A stretch of 64,000 nt of DNA. Source: an uncultured Acidobacteriota bacterium. GTDB taxonomy: Bacteria; Acidobacteriota; UBA6911. Shown in pieces: positions 43,952 through 52,737 of the stretch. Under the pieces are notes generated by a model. That model was not told where the DNA came from and did no database searches. It saw only the letters and a list, made by a program, of their open reading frames with translations. Made by a program: the position numbers and the translations under genes. Location of the stretch: the NCBI GenBank assembly GCA_963827655.1, contig CAWHCF010000038.1, positions 32,001 to 96,000 of the forward strand. The letters are read 5' to 3'. Within the stretch, counting starts at the first letter, position 1. Every line of letters starts with the position of its first letter.

Positions 43952-43987
43952 AACCACAGAGATGCAAAGACGCGAAGAGACGCGAAC
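43952..43987 (+). repeat. Octamer-unit repeat
   Basis: aaccacagagatgcaaagacgcgaagagacgcgaa. Confidence 0.7.
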
Positions 43988-44143
43988 TATCTTCGTAAGC
44001 CTTAGAACGCCCGCTGGTGACATGATGAGAGATTCTAGTCCACTCCCCTGGGGCAGTCTACTGCGCCCCTTGAAATCCCAGATTCTCCGTGACGCGGAGG
44101 CCATCGCGCGCCTGTGTTATGATGTCGCGAAGACTTGAATGCT

Positions 44144-44231
44144 CTTAGTGTTTCTTCGCGTCTTCGTGTCTTCGTGGTTAGAGCTGGAAAACAAATACTT
44201 CCAGGATACAAAGACACAAGGAGACACGCAG
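44144..44231. repeat. Octamer-unit repeat, full inverted form with reversed spacer
   Basis: ...tcttcgtggt-tagagctggaaaacaaat-acttccaggatacaaagacacaagg. Confidence 0.85.
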
Positions 44232-44243
44232 AAAGGAGGAATT

Positions 44244-44687
44244 ATGGCGATCAATCGAATAACGCCGGAGAAGGCCAAGGAGCTCCTCGATTCGGAGACA
44301 GGCTATGTTTACCTGGACGTTCGTACCGTGCAGGAGTTCGATGCCGGGCATGTCCCGGGCGCGAAGAACATTCCGGTTTTGGAACCGGATCCTGGCGGGC
44401 GCATGCAGTTGAATCCCCGGTTTGTAGAACTCGTCGAGGCCAATTTTGGCAAGGACGCGAAGGTTATTACGGGCTGCCAGATGGGAGGGCGCTCGCTAAA
44501 GGCGGCCGAGCTCCTGTTGGCGGCCGGGTTTTCCAACGTCGTCGACATGCGGGGTGGATTTGGCGGGGAGACCGACATGTCGGGACGCCTCACTTTCCCG
44601 GGCTGGGCGCCGCGAGGTCTTCCGACATCGCGGGAGAGCGCGCCTGACGACCGATACGAGAATCTCTCCAGAAAAGAGAAGAAATAG
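44244..44687 (+). CDS. Rhodanese-like sulfurtransferase
   Basis: LDVRT...GHVPGA, active-site CQMGGRS; RBS AGGAGG. Confidence 0.9.
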   Translation: MAINRITPEKAKELLDSETGYVYLDVRTVQEFDAGHVPGAKNIPVLEPDPGGRMQLNPRFVELVEANFGKDAKVITGCQMGGRSLKAAELLLAAGFSNVVDMRGGFGGETDMSGRLTFPGWAPRGLPTSRESAPDDRYENLSRKEKK

Positions 44688-44692
44688 CCGCG

Positions 44693-46078
44693 ATGATGAA
44701 AGGGGCAGTCCACAACGTTCTCGAAGCTGTCGGGTCCACGCCGATTGTCAAGCTCAACAATGTGGGCTCGCACCTAGCGGCCGATATCTACGTCAAGCTG
44801 GAATATCTCAACCCGGGCGGTTCGATGAAGGACCGCGTAGCCATCAACATCATTCGCGACTACGAACGGCGCGGGTTGCTGAAACCCGGCGGCACGATTG
44901 TCGAGGCCACGAGCGGAAACACCGGGATGGGGCTTGCCCTGGTAGCAGCCATTCGCGGTTACAAATGCATTTTCGTGATGCCCGACAAGATGTCGGAAGA
45001 GAAGATAAAGTCGCTTCAGGCCTTCGGAGCCCGCGTGGTCATCTGCCCGACGGCTGTGGATCCCGAGGATCCGCGCAGCTACTACAGTGTTTCACGTCGG
45101 CTGGCCGAGGAGACTCCCGGCGCGGTGCTCGCAAATCAATACTATAACCCCGCTAATCCGGGCGCTCACTACCTGTCAACCGGTCCCGAGATCTGGGCAC
45201 AGACCGGCGGAGAGATCGATGTTTTCTGCGCCGGCATGGGAACTGGTGGAACCCTTTCCGGCTGTGCCAGGTATTTCAAGGAGAGAAAACCGGAGATGAA
45301 AATCGTCGGGGTCGATCCGGTCGGTTCGCTTTATTACGATTACGTCAAAACCGGGACGATGGTGAGACCAAGACCCTATAAGGTTGAAGGGATCGGCGAG
45401 GACTTCCTTCCCGGTACCATGAATCTCGGGATCATCGATGAGGTGGTTCGCGTAAGCGATAAAGATTGTTTCCTCATGACACGTGAGCTGGTGCGGCGCG
45501 AGGGAATCTATTGCGGGGGGTCCAGCGGCGCCGCGGTCGCCGGAGCCATAAAATTCGCGGAGACGATCAACAAGAAAGTGAATATCGTGGTGCTCCTCCC
45601 CGATTCAGCCCAGAAATACCTGACCAAGATTTTCGATGACAACTGGATGCGGCACCACGGATTTCTCGAACCCGATCCAATCGGCACCGTCGCAGACCTT
45701 CTGGCGGCGAAGGCGCCAGGCGGAGTGGTAACCGCGTCGGCCAGCGACAAAGTGCGCGATGTCATCACCAAAATGAAAGCTCACAGCATCAGTCAAGTTC
45801 CCGTGACCCGCGATGGAAAACTGATCGGAGTGGTCGCCGAGATCGACGTTCTTCGGCACATGGCTGAGTCCGGTCATTCGCCCGATGACTCGATCGAGAA
45901 GCTTGTGACCGCGGAGTTCGCCACAGTTACGCCCGGAACGAGGATCGCCCTGGTCACCGAGTTGTTCGCTCAAGGGGGCATTCTGATAGTTCTCGACGAC
46001 AGTCGAATCGCCGGAGTGGTTACCAAGATCGACCTCATTGACTACCTTGCCAAGCGCATCCCGGAAGAGAGGCTTTAA
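44693..46078 (+). CDS. cbs: Cystathionine beta-synthase (PLP domain plus CBS pair)
   Basis: NPGGSMKDR, EATSGNTG, GMGTGGT, C-terminal CBS domains. Confidence 0.9.
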   Translation: MMKGAVHNVLEAVGSTPIVKLNNVGSHLAADIYVKLEYLNPGGSMKDRVAINIIRDYERRGLLKPGGTIVEATSGNTGMGLALVAAIRGYKCIFVMPDKMSEEKIKSLQAFGARVVICPTAVDPEDPRSYYSVSRRLAEETPGAVLANQYYNPANPGAHYLSTGPEIWAQTGGEIDVFCAGMGTGGTLSGCARYFKERKPEMKIVGVDPVGSLYYDYVKTGTMVRPRPYKVEGIGEDFLPGTMNLGIIDEVVRVSDKDCFLMTRELVRREGIYCGGSSGAAVAGAIKFAETINKKVNIVVLLPDSAQKYLTKIFDDNWMRHHGFLEPDPIGTVADLLAAKAPGGVVTASASDKVRDVITKMKAHSISQVPVTRDGKLIGVVAEIDVLRHMAESGHSPDDSIEKLVTAEFATVTPGTRIALVTELFAQGGILIVLDDSRIAGVVTKIDLIDYLAKRIPEERL

Positions 46079-46083
46079 TCCTC

Positions 46084-46116
46084 ACCACCAGGACACCAAG
46101 ACGCAAAGAAACACAG
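46084..46116 (+). repeat. Octamer-unit repeat inside an operon
   Basis: accaccaggacaccaagacgcaaagaaacacag. Confidence 0.85.
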
Positions 46117-46132
46117 CAGACGGGTTTCAAAC

Positions 46133-47296
46133 TTGAGCAAAGCATCGGATCGACTCGCCACTCTCGTCGTGCATGCGGGGCAATCGCCTGATCCCTCGAC
46201 CGGCGCAATCATGACTCCCATTTTCAACAGTGCGACTTTCGTGCAGGCCGAACCCGGCAAGCACAAAGGGTACGAGTACTCGCGCAGCGGAAACCCGACT
46301 CGCACCGCGCTCGAGGCTTGCCTCGCCTCGCTGGAAGGGGGAAAGCACGGCCTGGCCTTTTCCAGCGGCAGCGGAGCGCATGCCACGGCGCTGCACCTTC
46401 TTTCACCCGGCGACCACGTGGTGTGCGGTGACGACGTTTACGGGGGAACCTACCGTCTTTTCGAAAATGTCTTTCGTCCTTCGGCCGGCATCGAGACCAC
46501 CTTTGTTCCGTTAGAGAACCCCGCGTCGCTCGCGGCCGCGCTGCGCCCGAATACCAGGATGGTCTGGCTGGAAACACCCACGAATCCGCTGCTACGCATC
46601 ATCGACCTTCGGGCGTGCATCAATATAGCCACTGACGCGAGTGTCCCGGTCTGGGTGGACAATACGTTTGCTACGCCCGTGCTGCAGCGCCCGCTGGAGA
46701 TGGGAGCCACAGCCGTGGTGCATTCCACGACCAAGTATCTCAATGGACACTCCGACGTGGTCGGAGGCGCCATCGTAGTGAATGACTCCGAACTTCACAC
46801 GCGGCTGGCATATCTTCAAAACGCGATCGGCGCGGTTCCGGGTCCGAACGATGCATGGCTGGTTCTGCGCGGAATCAAGACCCTCGACGTACGAATGGAG
46901 CGGCATTGCAAGAACGCAGCCCTGGTCGCAGAATTTCTGGCGCTTCATTCCGGGGTGTCGCGCGTGAATTATCCCGGCCGCCCCGATCATCCTCAGCACG
47001 CCATCGCGGCGCGTCAGATGCGCGGGTTCGGAGGCATGGTGAGCTTCGAGCTGAAAGGAGGGCTCGAAGTCGCGCGCCGCGTCGTCTCCTCTACACGTCT
47101 CTTCTCCCTGGCGGAGTCGCTCGGAGGCGTCGAGTCGCTGATCGAAGCGCCGGCGCTCATGACTCACGCTTCGATACCACGCGAGCTTCGGCTCGAGCGC
47201 GGCCTGGCGGACGGGCTGGTGCGGCTTTCGGTCGGGATCGAAGATGCGGCCGACTTGATCAGCGATCTGGAACAGGCGCTCGCGAAAGCGGGCTAG
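46133..47296 (+). CDS. Cystathionine gamma-lyase/synthase
   Basis: YSRSGNPT, ETPTNP, VDNTF, HSTTKY, SLGGVESL. Confidence 0.92.
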   Translation: MSKASDRLATLVVHAGQSPDPSTGAIMTPIFNSATFVQAEPGKHKGYEYSRSGNPTRTALEACLASLEGGKHGLAFSSGSGAHATALHLLSPGDHVVCGDDVYGGTYRLFENVFRPSAGIETTFVPLENPASLAAALRPNTRMVWLETPTNPLLRIIDLRACINIATDASVPVWVDNTFATPVLQRPLEMGATAVVHSTTKYLNGHSDVVGGAIVVNDSELHTRLAYLQNAIGAVPGPNDAWLVLRGIKTLDVRMERHCKNAALVAEFLALHSGVSRVNYPGRPDHPQHAIAARQMRGFGGMVSFELKGGLEVARRVVSSTRLFSLAESLGGVESLIEAPALMTHASIPRELRLERGLADGLVRLSVGIEDAADLISDLEQALAKAG

Positions 47297-47317
47297 CAGT
47301 CGCTATCTCGAATATTC

Positions 47318-47340
47318 ACCACAAAGACGCAGACGCCAGG
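47318..47340 (+). repeat. Octamer-unit repeat, short copy
   Basis: accacaaagacgcagacgccagg. Confidence 0.6.
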
Positions 47341-47484
47341 TCTTTGAAGAATTCCTGAAATAAGTCGCGCTGACAGGAAACTATGAACGCTAAAGCTGCC
47401 TTCGCTCGGGTCGGTGATCGCTTTGGTACTGGTTTCCATCCGGTGGTATCCTGGATCGCGACAGATTCAAGGAGGAAGCAGGCG

Positions 47485-48036
47485 ATGGCCACAAGAGTCC
47501 GGCTTACGGCTGAAGATCTCTGGCGAATGGCGCCCGCGGAAGTTCGCCGGGAGTTGGTCGACGGCGAAATCGTGGAGATGCCCTTGAACAACGCGCGCCA
47601 TGGGGAGGTCGCCACGATACTGGCGCACGCGTTAGTCGAACATGTGAGAAAGTGCGGTGGTGGGAAAGTCATGTGCGAAGTGGGTTTTGTGCTTCAACTT
47701 CCCTACGATCTGGAACAGGTGCGGTGTCCCGATCTGGCTTTCATATCGGACGCGCGTCTCGCGGGCCGTCCGCTTCCTCAGAAATTCTTTCCTGGTCCTC
47801 CCGACCTGGCGGTTGAGATTCTTTCACCGTCCGACGCCTCCGTGTATGTCCAGCAGAAAGTGCGAGATTATATCGAGGCGGGCGTACGCCTGGTCTGGCT
47901 ATTGGTCCCACAGTCGAAGACGGCGACAGTCTATCGAGCCGACGGTTCGGCCCGCCTGCTTCGCGAGCGAGATAGCCTGGAGGGTGAGGACATCCTGCCA
48001 GGGTTTACCTTTCGTCTTTCGGCCCTGTACGACTGA
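47485..48036 (+). CDS. Uma2 family PD-(D/E)XK endonuclease-fold protein
   Basis: ELVDG, PDLAF, PDLAVEILSPSD, GVRLVW. Confidence 0.9.
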   Translation: MATRVRLTAEDLWRMAPAEVRRELVDGEIVEMPLNNARHGEVATILAHALVEHVRKCGGGKVMCEVGFVLQLPYDLEQVRCPDLAFISDARLAGRPLPQKFFPGPPDLAVEILSPSDASVYVQQKVRDYIEAGVRLVWLLVPQSKTATVYRADGSARLLRERDSLEGEDILPGFTFRLSALYD

Positions 48037-48054
48037 CCTTCCTTCCTGGCGAAG

Positions 48055-48137
48055 ATTCTTGCTGTTTCTTCGTGTCTTTGAGTCTTAGCGGTATTTCTTC
48101 GACACTCTAATCACGAAGACACGAAGACGCTAAGAAA
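48055..48137. repeat. Octamer-unit repeat, full inverted form
   Basis: ...gtcttagcggt-atttcttcgacactcta-atcacgaagacacgaagacgctaag. Confidence 0.85.
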
Positions 48138-49777
48138 TGGTGGTTAGTATGAGGACGGGAGCGCCGGAACCAGTCAAGAGACTGGAGTGGGGCGTGGCCG
48201 CGGTAGCGGTGCTGCTCATTCTATGTTTCCATTTCGGGTTCTTGCTCCGGGCGGGAGCGCTCTGGCGCGACGAAGTCAACACTCTGCAATTCGCCACATC
48301 GGCATCCGTGAGGGAAACCTGGAATTCGCTCCAGTACGATTCCTTTCCGCTCTTCTCGTCACTGGCGCTGCGCGTCTGGGTATTTAGCGGTTGGGGAAGA
48401 ACGGATTTCGGACTCAGGGTCTTTGGCCTCATGGTAGGGATTGCTATTCTCGCCGCTCTCTGGCTCGATGCCCGGCTCAAGGGCTTTTCAATTCCTTTGC
48501 TATCGATGCCTCTGTTCGCATTTGCCCCTCTAGTGATTCAAATTGGCGATTCGATTCGCCCTTACGGGCTGGGCATCGTCTTCTTGCTGGTGGCGTCGGG
48601 ACTGATCTGGAAAATCAGTGTCAAACCCGGACGCCTGCAGGTCGCGGGGGCGGCCCTCAGCGCCGTTCTGTCTGTACAGTGCCTTTACCAGAATGCCTTC
48701 CTGCTGCTGGCGCTTTGCGCAGGAGGTATTGCGGTGTGCTCGCGCAAGAGACAATGGAAAAGATCGCTGCTTGTGGCGGGCATAGGAGCAGTTTCGGCGT
48801 TCTCTCTGTTGCCTTATTACGACATCCTGCGAAAGGCGCAGGATTGGACGGTACTGGTTCAGTCACCGACTACGATGCGGGGGATCTGGCGTGTATTCTC
48901 GAGGGCCATGGCGTCTGGGGGAGATTTCATGCTCTGGGTCTGGCTTGGCCTTGGCGCCCTGAGTCTGCTGGCCGCTGGCTGGTGTTGGGTGCGGCGCGCG
49001 CACAGACCGCTTTCAGATAACCGGAGAGATCTGGTCCTTTTTTCAACCACAGTCCTGCTGAGCGCAACGGTGGCTTTTTTACTCTTCCTGAAATGGGCAA
49101 GCCTTCCTTCGCAGCCCTGGTATTACCTTCCTTTGATGGCCGTCTGCGCGCTTTCCATCGATGGGATTCTTGCTGCGTTAACGGTTCAAACGCCGGTTCG
49201 GATCTTCCGGGCTGCAACAGCAGTTCTTGTTCTGGTGTTGAGCTTTCCCCGTGGCTGGCAGGAGATTCAGGTTCGACAAACCAACGCCGACCGGATCGCA
49301 TCCAAGCTGGAGGAATCCGCCCAGGCAGAAGACCTGATCGTCGTGAGTCCATGGTACTACGGCGTCGCTTTCCAGAGATACTACCGGGGCAAAACGCCCT
49401 GGATGACTGTGCCGCCGCTTGAAGACCTGAGGATTCATCGCTATGACTTGCTCAAGGAAAAAATGAAATCTACCGACCCGATCGGACCGCTCTTGACCAG
49501 AATGTCTGAAACGCTGCGCTCGGGAAACAGGCTCTGGCTGGTCGGAGGGTTTCCCAGCCAGCCGAAAGTTCAGCCGGTTGAGCCGCGGCCGCCGGCCCCC
49601 GACCGTCGATCAGGTTGGAACAGTCACCCCTATGTCTCGAGCTGGGCGGCGCAGGCGGACCACCTGGTCCAAACCCACGCGTGCCGAGTCGAAGCGGTGC
49701 CGGTATCATCGGGCGAACGTGTGAATCCGTATGAAAGTCTTATGCTGCAGGCTGCGCAGGGATGGCAGCGAGAGTAG
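48137..49777 (+). CDS. Polytopic membrane protein, GT-C/PMT-like glycosyltransferase
   Basis: LWRDE loop after first TM, IRPY motif, many TM segments. Confidence 0.7.
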   Translation: MVVSMRTGAPEPVKRLEWGVAAVAVLLILCFHFGFLLRAGALWRDEVNTLQFATSASVRETWNSLQYDSFPLFSSLALRVWVFSGWGRTDFGLRVFGLMVGIAILAALWLDARLKGFSIPLLSMPLFAFAPLVIQIGDSIRPYGLGIVFLLVASGLIWKISVKPGRLQVAGAALSAVLSVQCLYQNAFLLLALCAGGIAVCSRKRQWKRSLLVAGIGAVSAFSLLPYYDILRKAQDWTVLVQSPTTMRGIWRVFSRAMASGGDFMLWVWLGLGALSLLAAGWCWVRRAHRPLSDNRRDLVLFSTTVLLSATVAFLLFLKWASLPSQPWYYLPLMAVCALSIDGILAALTVQTPVRIFRAATAVLVLVLSFPRGWQEIQVRQTNADRIASKLEESAQAEDLIVVSPWYYGVAFQRYYRGKTPWMTVPPLEDLRIHRYDLLKEKMKSTDPIGPLLTRMSETLRSGNRLWLVGGFPSQPKVQPVEPRPPAPDRRSGWNSHPYVSSWAAQADHLVQTHACRVEAVPVSSGERVNPYESLMLQAAQGWQRE

Positions 49778-49779
49778 CG

Positions 49780-49850
49780 CTCGTGTCTTTGGGTCCTCGT
49801 GGTTATTGGTTAGTCCGCTCCAACCACGAAGACACGAAGACACCAAGAAG
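49780..49850. repeat. Octamer-unit repeat, full inverted form
   Basis: ctcgtgtctttgggtcctcgtggt...accacgaagacacgaagacaccaag. Confidence 0.85.
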
Positions 49851-50002
49851 TAATACGAAGGAATTGTATGAATTGTTTGTGTCGCCGCAGCGACGCCTTT
49901 TCCAGGAGGACGGCAGGCGATCTAATTCGGGCAGATAGTTCCAGGTGTGATGGTGCGTTAGATTGCGCGCCCGAGGATTGCGTTTATTCAGGAGGATGAG
50001 TC

Positions 50003-51040
50003 ATGCGTCCAGTGAGACGTCCGGTATCGATGATCGTGATGGCTTTATTTACTGCGGGCCTCTCGATCCTCGCGGCTCCGCCAACGCCTATCGAGCGATT
50101 GCGTCTTCAGATTACGCGCGCGATCCCTGCTGCCCAGGGAGAGATAGGAGTCGGAGTCAAGCATTTGGAGAGTGGAGTCGAGCTGTTCGTCAGTCCCGAC
50201 GAACCGTTCCCTATGGCGAGCACGTTCAAGCTGCCGGTCCTGTTGGAGCTTCATGCTATGGCGAAGTCCGGCGCTCTCAAATGGGATGAGATTATCGACA
50301 TCGGACCTCGCGACCAGCACCTGGGGAGCGGGGAGTTGTCGGTGCTTTACGATCTTCCCGGGGTCCGGCTCTCGATGCATAACCTGGCGAATCTCATGAT
50401 GATGATCAGCGACAATTCTGCCGCCGACATCTGCCTGGCCAAAGCCGGCGCCAAGAACGTGAACGCGCGGCTAAGCGCGCTGGGTGTGAGCGGCATCCGC
50501 GTCGACCGGTCGTGCCAGGAGTTGATCCTCGATTACCGCGGACACGACACGGAACGTTTAAAAGGGCTGGCTCTAAAAGAACTCCGCGCGGCCCTCCCCC
50601 GCTCGCCAAGCGATGAGCAGTCGCGCTGGACGGCGGATGACCGTTTTGCCAAGGATCCAAGGGACACCGCAACTCCACGAGGGTTCGTGACCCTGCTCGA
50701 GAAGATCTGGCGCGGTGAAGTCATCGACAAAGATGCATCGCAGGCTATCCTGAACTTGATGAAACGCTGCCGGACGGGTGAGAACCGGATTCGGGGACTT
50801 TTGCCTGCAGAGACCGAAGTCGGACACAAGACCGGGACCATTGGGGGCGTTGTGAATGATGTCGGAATCGTCTATCTCCCCGACGGCGCCGGCCACGTGG
50901 CGATTGCGCTTTTGAGCAAGCGCACCAGGGCGAGCACCGAGCAGGTGGAAAAAACTCTGGCCCAGATTGCGCGCTACGCCTACGACTACTTCTACTTCAC
51001 GTCGGGCTCATCCGAGCAACCGAGCGCGGGCCGGCAATGA
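50003..51040 (+). CDS. Class A beta-lactamase-like serine hydrolase
   Basis: STFK, SDN, KTG motifs; DPRDT; signal peptide. Confidence 0.88.
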   Translation: MRPVRRPVSMIVMALFTAGLSILAAPPTPIERLRLQITRAIPAAQGEIGVGVKHLESGVELFVSPDEPFPMASTFKLPVLLELHAMAKSGALKWDEIIDIGPRDQHLGSGELSVLYDLPGVRLSMHNLANLMMMISDNSAADICLAKAGAKNVNARLSALGVSGIRVDRSCQELILDYRGHDTERLKGLALKELRAALPRSPSDEQSRWTADDRFAKDPRDTATPRGFVTLLEKIWRGEVIDKDASQAILNLMKRCRTGENRIRGLLPAETEVGHKTGTIGGVVNDVGIVYLPDGAGHVAIALLSKRTRASTEQVEKTLAQIARYAYDYFYFTSGSSEQPSAGRQ

Positions 51041-51044
51041 GGTA

Positions 51045-51135
51045 ATTCTTGGTGTTTCTTCGTGTCTTCGCGTCTTTGTGGTATTTGTTCCGCAGCGCTA
51101 ACCACGAAGACACGAAGACGCAAAGAAACGCGAGG
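51045..51135. repeat. Octamer-unit repeat, most complete inverted copy
   Basis: ttcttggtgtttcttcgtgtcttcgcgtctttgtggt-atttgttccgcagcgcta-accacgaagacacgaagacgcaaagaaacgcgagg. Confidence 0.92.
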
Positions 51136-51149
51136 GAATACTCTGATGC

Positions 51150-51698
51150 CTACCGGCCGAACCGGAATACGACCCCAAACGAAAGCCGCAGGTTATCCTG
51201 CCGCTCATCCTGGAATCGGGTCATCAGGTAGTCGGCCTGAACGGCGCGTATCGCCACAGTATCGTTCAGGTTGATGTCCACCCCCCCGCCGGCGGCAGCG
51301 GCGAGTGCGGTATCGGACACGGACAGACCGAAGGCGCCGGCGTTTGCGCGGGAGATTCCAATGAGAAAATGCCCGAATGGAATCACTTTGTCATTGCCAC
51401 GATAAGAAAGCCGGGGTCCAAAGAGGAAGGAGTGCTGGTTGACATCGACAAAGGGAATGCCGATCCCGAAAATCGATGGCGAGCCATAATGCCCGCTGAA
51501 GTCGCCTACAACGCCGAACCAGTCATTGAGATTTCCCGCAATAGATCCATTCCATCCATTCAGATGAATCGTCGTAGGATCAGAGGCGCGAAAGTAAGAA
51601 TAGCCGCCAAAAACCTCCGCTTTGGGGGTGCTTTCTTGAGCGAAGGCTGACCATGGGAACGCAAGACCTAGAACAGCCACCACAAACAACTTTCTCAC
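51150..51698 (-). CDS. Outer membrane beta-barrel protein
   Basis: GTG start, signal peptide, EVFGGYSY, FLFGPR, QADY, GVVFRF. Confidence 0.85.
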   Translation of the reverse strand: MRKLFVVAVLGLAFPWSAFAQESTPKAEVFGGYSYFRASDPTTIHLNGWNGSIAGNLNDWFGVVGDFSGHYGSPSIFGIGIPFVDVNQHSFLFGPRLSYRGNDKVIPFGHFLIGISRANAGAFGLSVSDTALAAAAGGGVDINLNDTVAIRAVQADYLMTRFQDERQDNLRLSFGVVFRFGR

Positions 51699-52043
51699 AA
51701 AGGAATCCTCCTGTTTACCGTCGATAATTCGAACCCTCAGCCCGTAGGGTCCGGATCCTTCCCGATGTGAATAGAATGGACCTTCCCGCGCTGCGGCGCA
51801 GCCTCCGACTCCTGCGGGCTTTCGTCTGCCGGACTCGAATCGCTGCACTCCAGATTTGATTCTTTGAGGATCCAAAGTGTTCACGGCGGTCTGATCCGCC
51901 GAGAAACAGTTTCTGAAGGCGAAGCCGCCAAGACGGCAGGAGACTGAAACCCGGCGTTCAGTGATGGAGCGGCGGCAACGATCCGCTTGAGATCTATGAA
52001 GCCGATTGGCTAGACTACGCTTCATCGACGGAGAAAACACACA

Positions 52044-52475
52044 ATGGCCAAGACCGACGCGGTTCTGGCGAAGATGCGGGAGATCTGCCTTTCGCTGCCG
52101 GACACGAAAGAAACAATGACCTGGGGCAAGCCGCACTTCCGCGTGGGCGAGAAGATCTTCGCCGGCTGCGGGGAGGAGAATGGCAGGCAGGTTATCGGCT
52201 TCAAGCTGCAAATGGCGCATGCCGAGGCCGTCATCAAGGATGCGCGTTTCTGGCGCGCGCCCTACGTGGGTCACAAAGGGTGGGTGTCGATGGACCCGGT
52301 CGGCGTCAAGGACTGGGACGAAGTACGGGCGATGATCCTCGAGAGTTTCCGGCTGATCGCCCCGAGGAAGACGCTGGCCAAGCTGGAGGGAGGCGTGGCG
52401 TCGGGCGCGAAGAAGCCGACCAAGGAAGCTCGCGCCACGCCGACAGGGTCAACCGCGAAGACGCGACGGCGCTAA
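52044..52475 (+). CDS. MmcQ/YjbR family protein
   Basis: ICLSLP, WGKPHFRVGEKIFA, APYVGHKGWV. Confidence 0.88.
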   Translation: MAKTDAVLAKMREICLSLPDTKETMTWGKPHFRVGEKIFAGCGEENGRQVIGFKLQMAHAEAVIKDARFWRAPYVGHKGWVSMDPVGVKDWDEVRAMILESFRLIAPRKTLAKLEGGVASGAKKPTKEARATPTGSTAKTRRR

Positions 52476-52697
52476 GGGTTCGCGCAGAAATAGGTTCGCA
52501 TTCTGCTGCAGGCCCCCAGGCCCGCTGGCGAGGCGCGAGCGACGATGCGTACCCGGTGCGGTACGTGAGGAGCGAGCAAAAAGCCAGCGGGCCTGCGGGC
52601 CGCAGCGCGATCCTCACCGTGCTTAGCGAACAGAAACCGGTTCATGATTGACCGCCGATTCTCGCGCCAGAATGTGAAGTTATTTCTGCGCGAGCCC
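52476..52697. mobile_element. MITE family A, copy 2 (TAA duplication)
   Basis: TAA|GGGTTCGCGCAGAAATA ... TATTTCTGCGCGAGCCC|TAA. Confidence 0.88.
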
Positions 52698-52737
52698 TAA
52701 GACGAAGCTTTCATGCCAAACCAGGAGGGAACAAACT

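Noticed and set aside
51720-52020. Possible riboswitch upstream of the beta-barrel gene
   Set aside because: Some hairpin potential and a GAAA loop, but no consensus I can match; an Infernal/Rfam scan would decide.
51150-52274. 374-aa version of the outer membrane protein
   Set aside because: Only the part from GTG 51698 has an RBS and signal peptide; the extension overlaps the YjbR gene.
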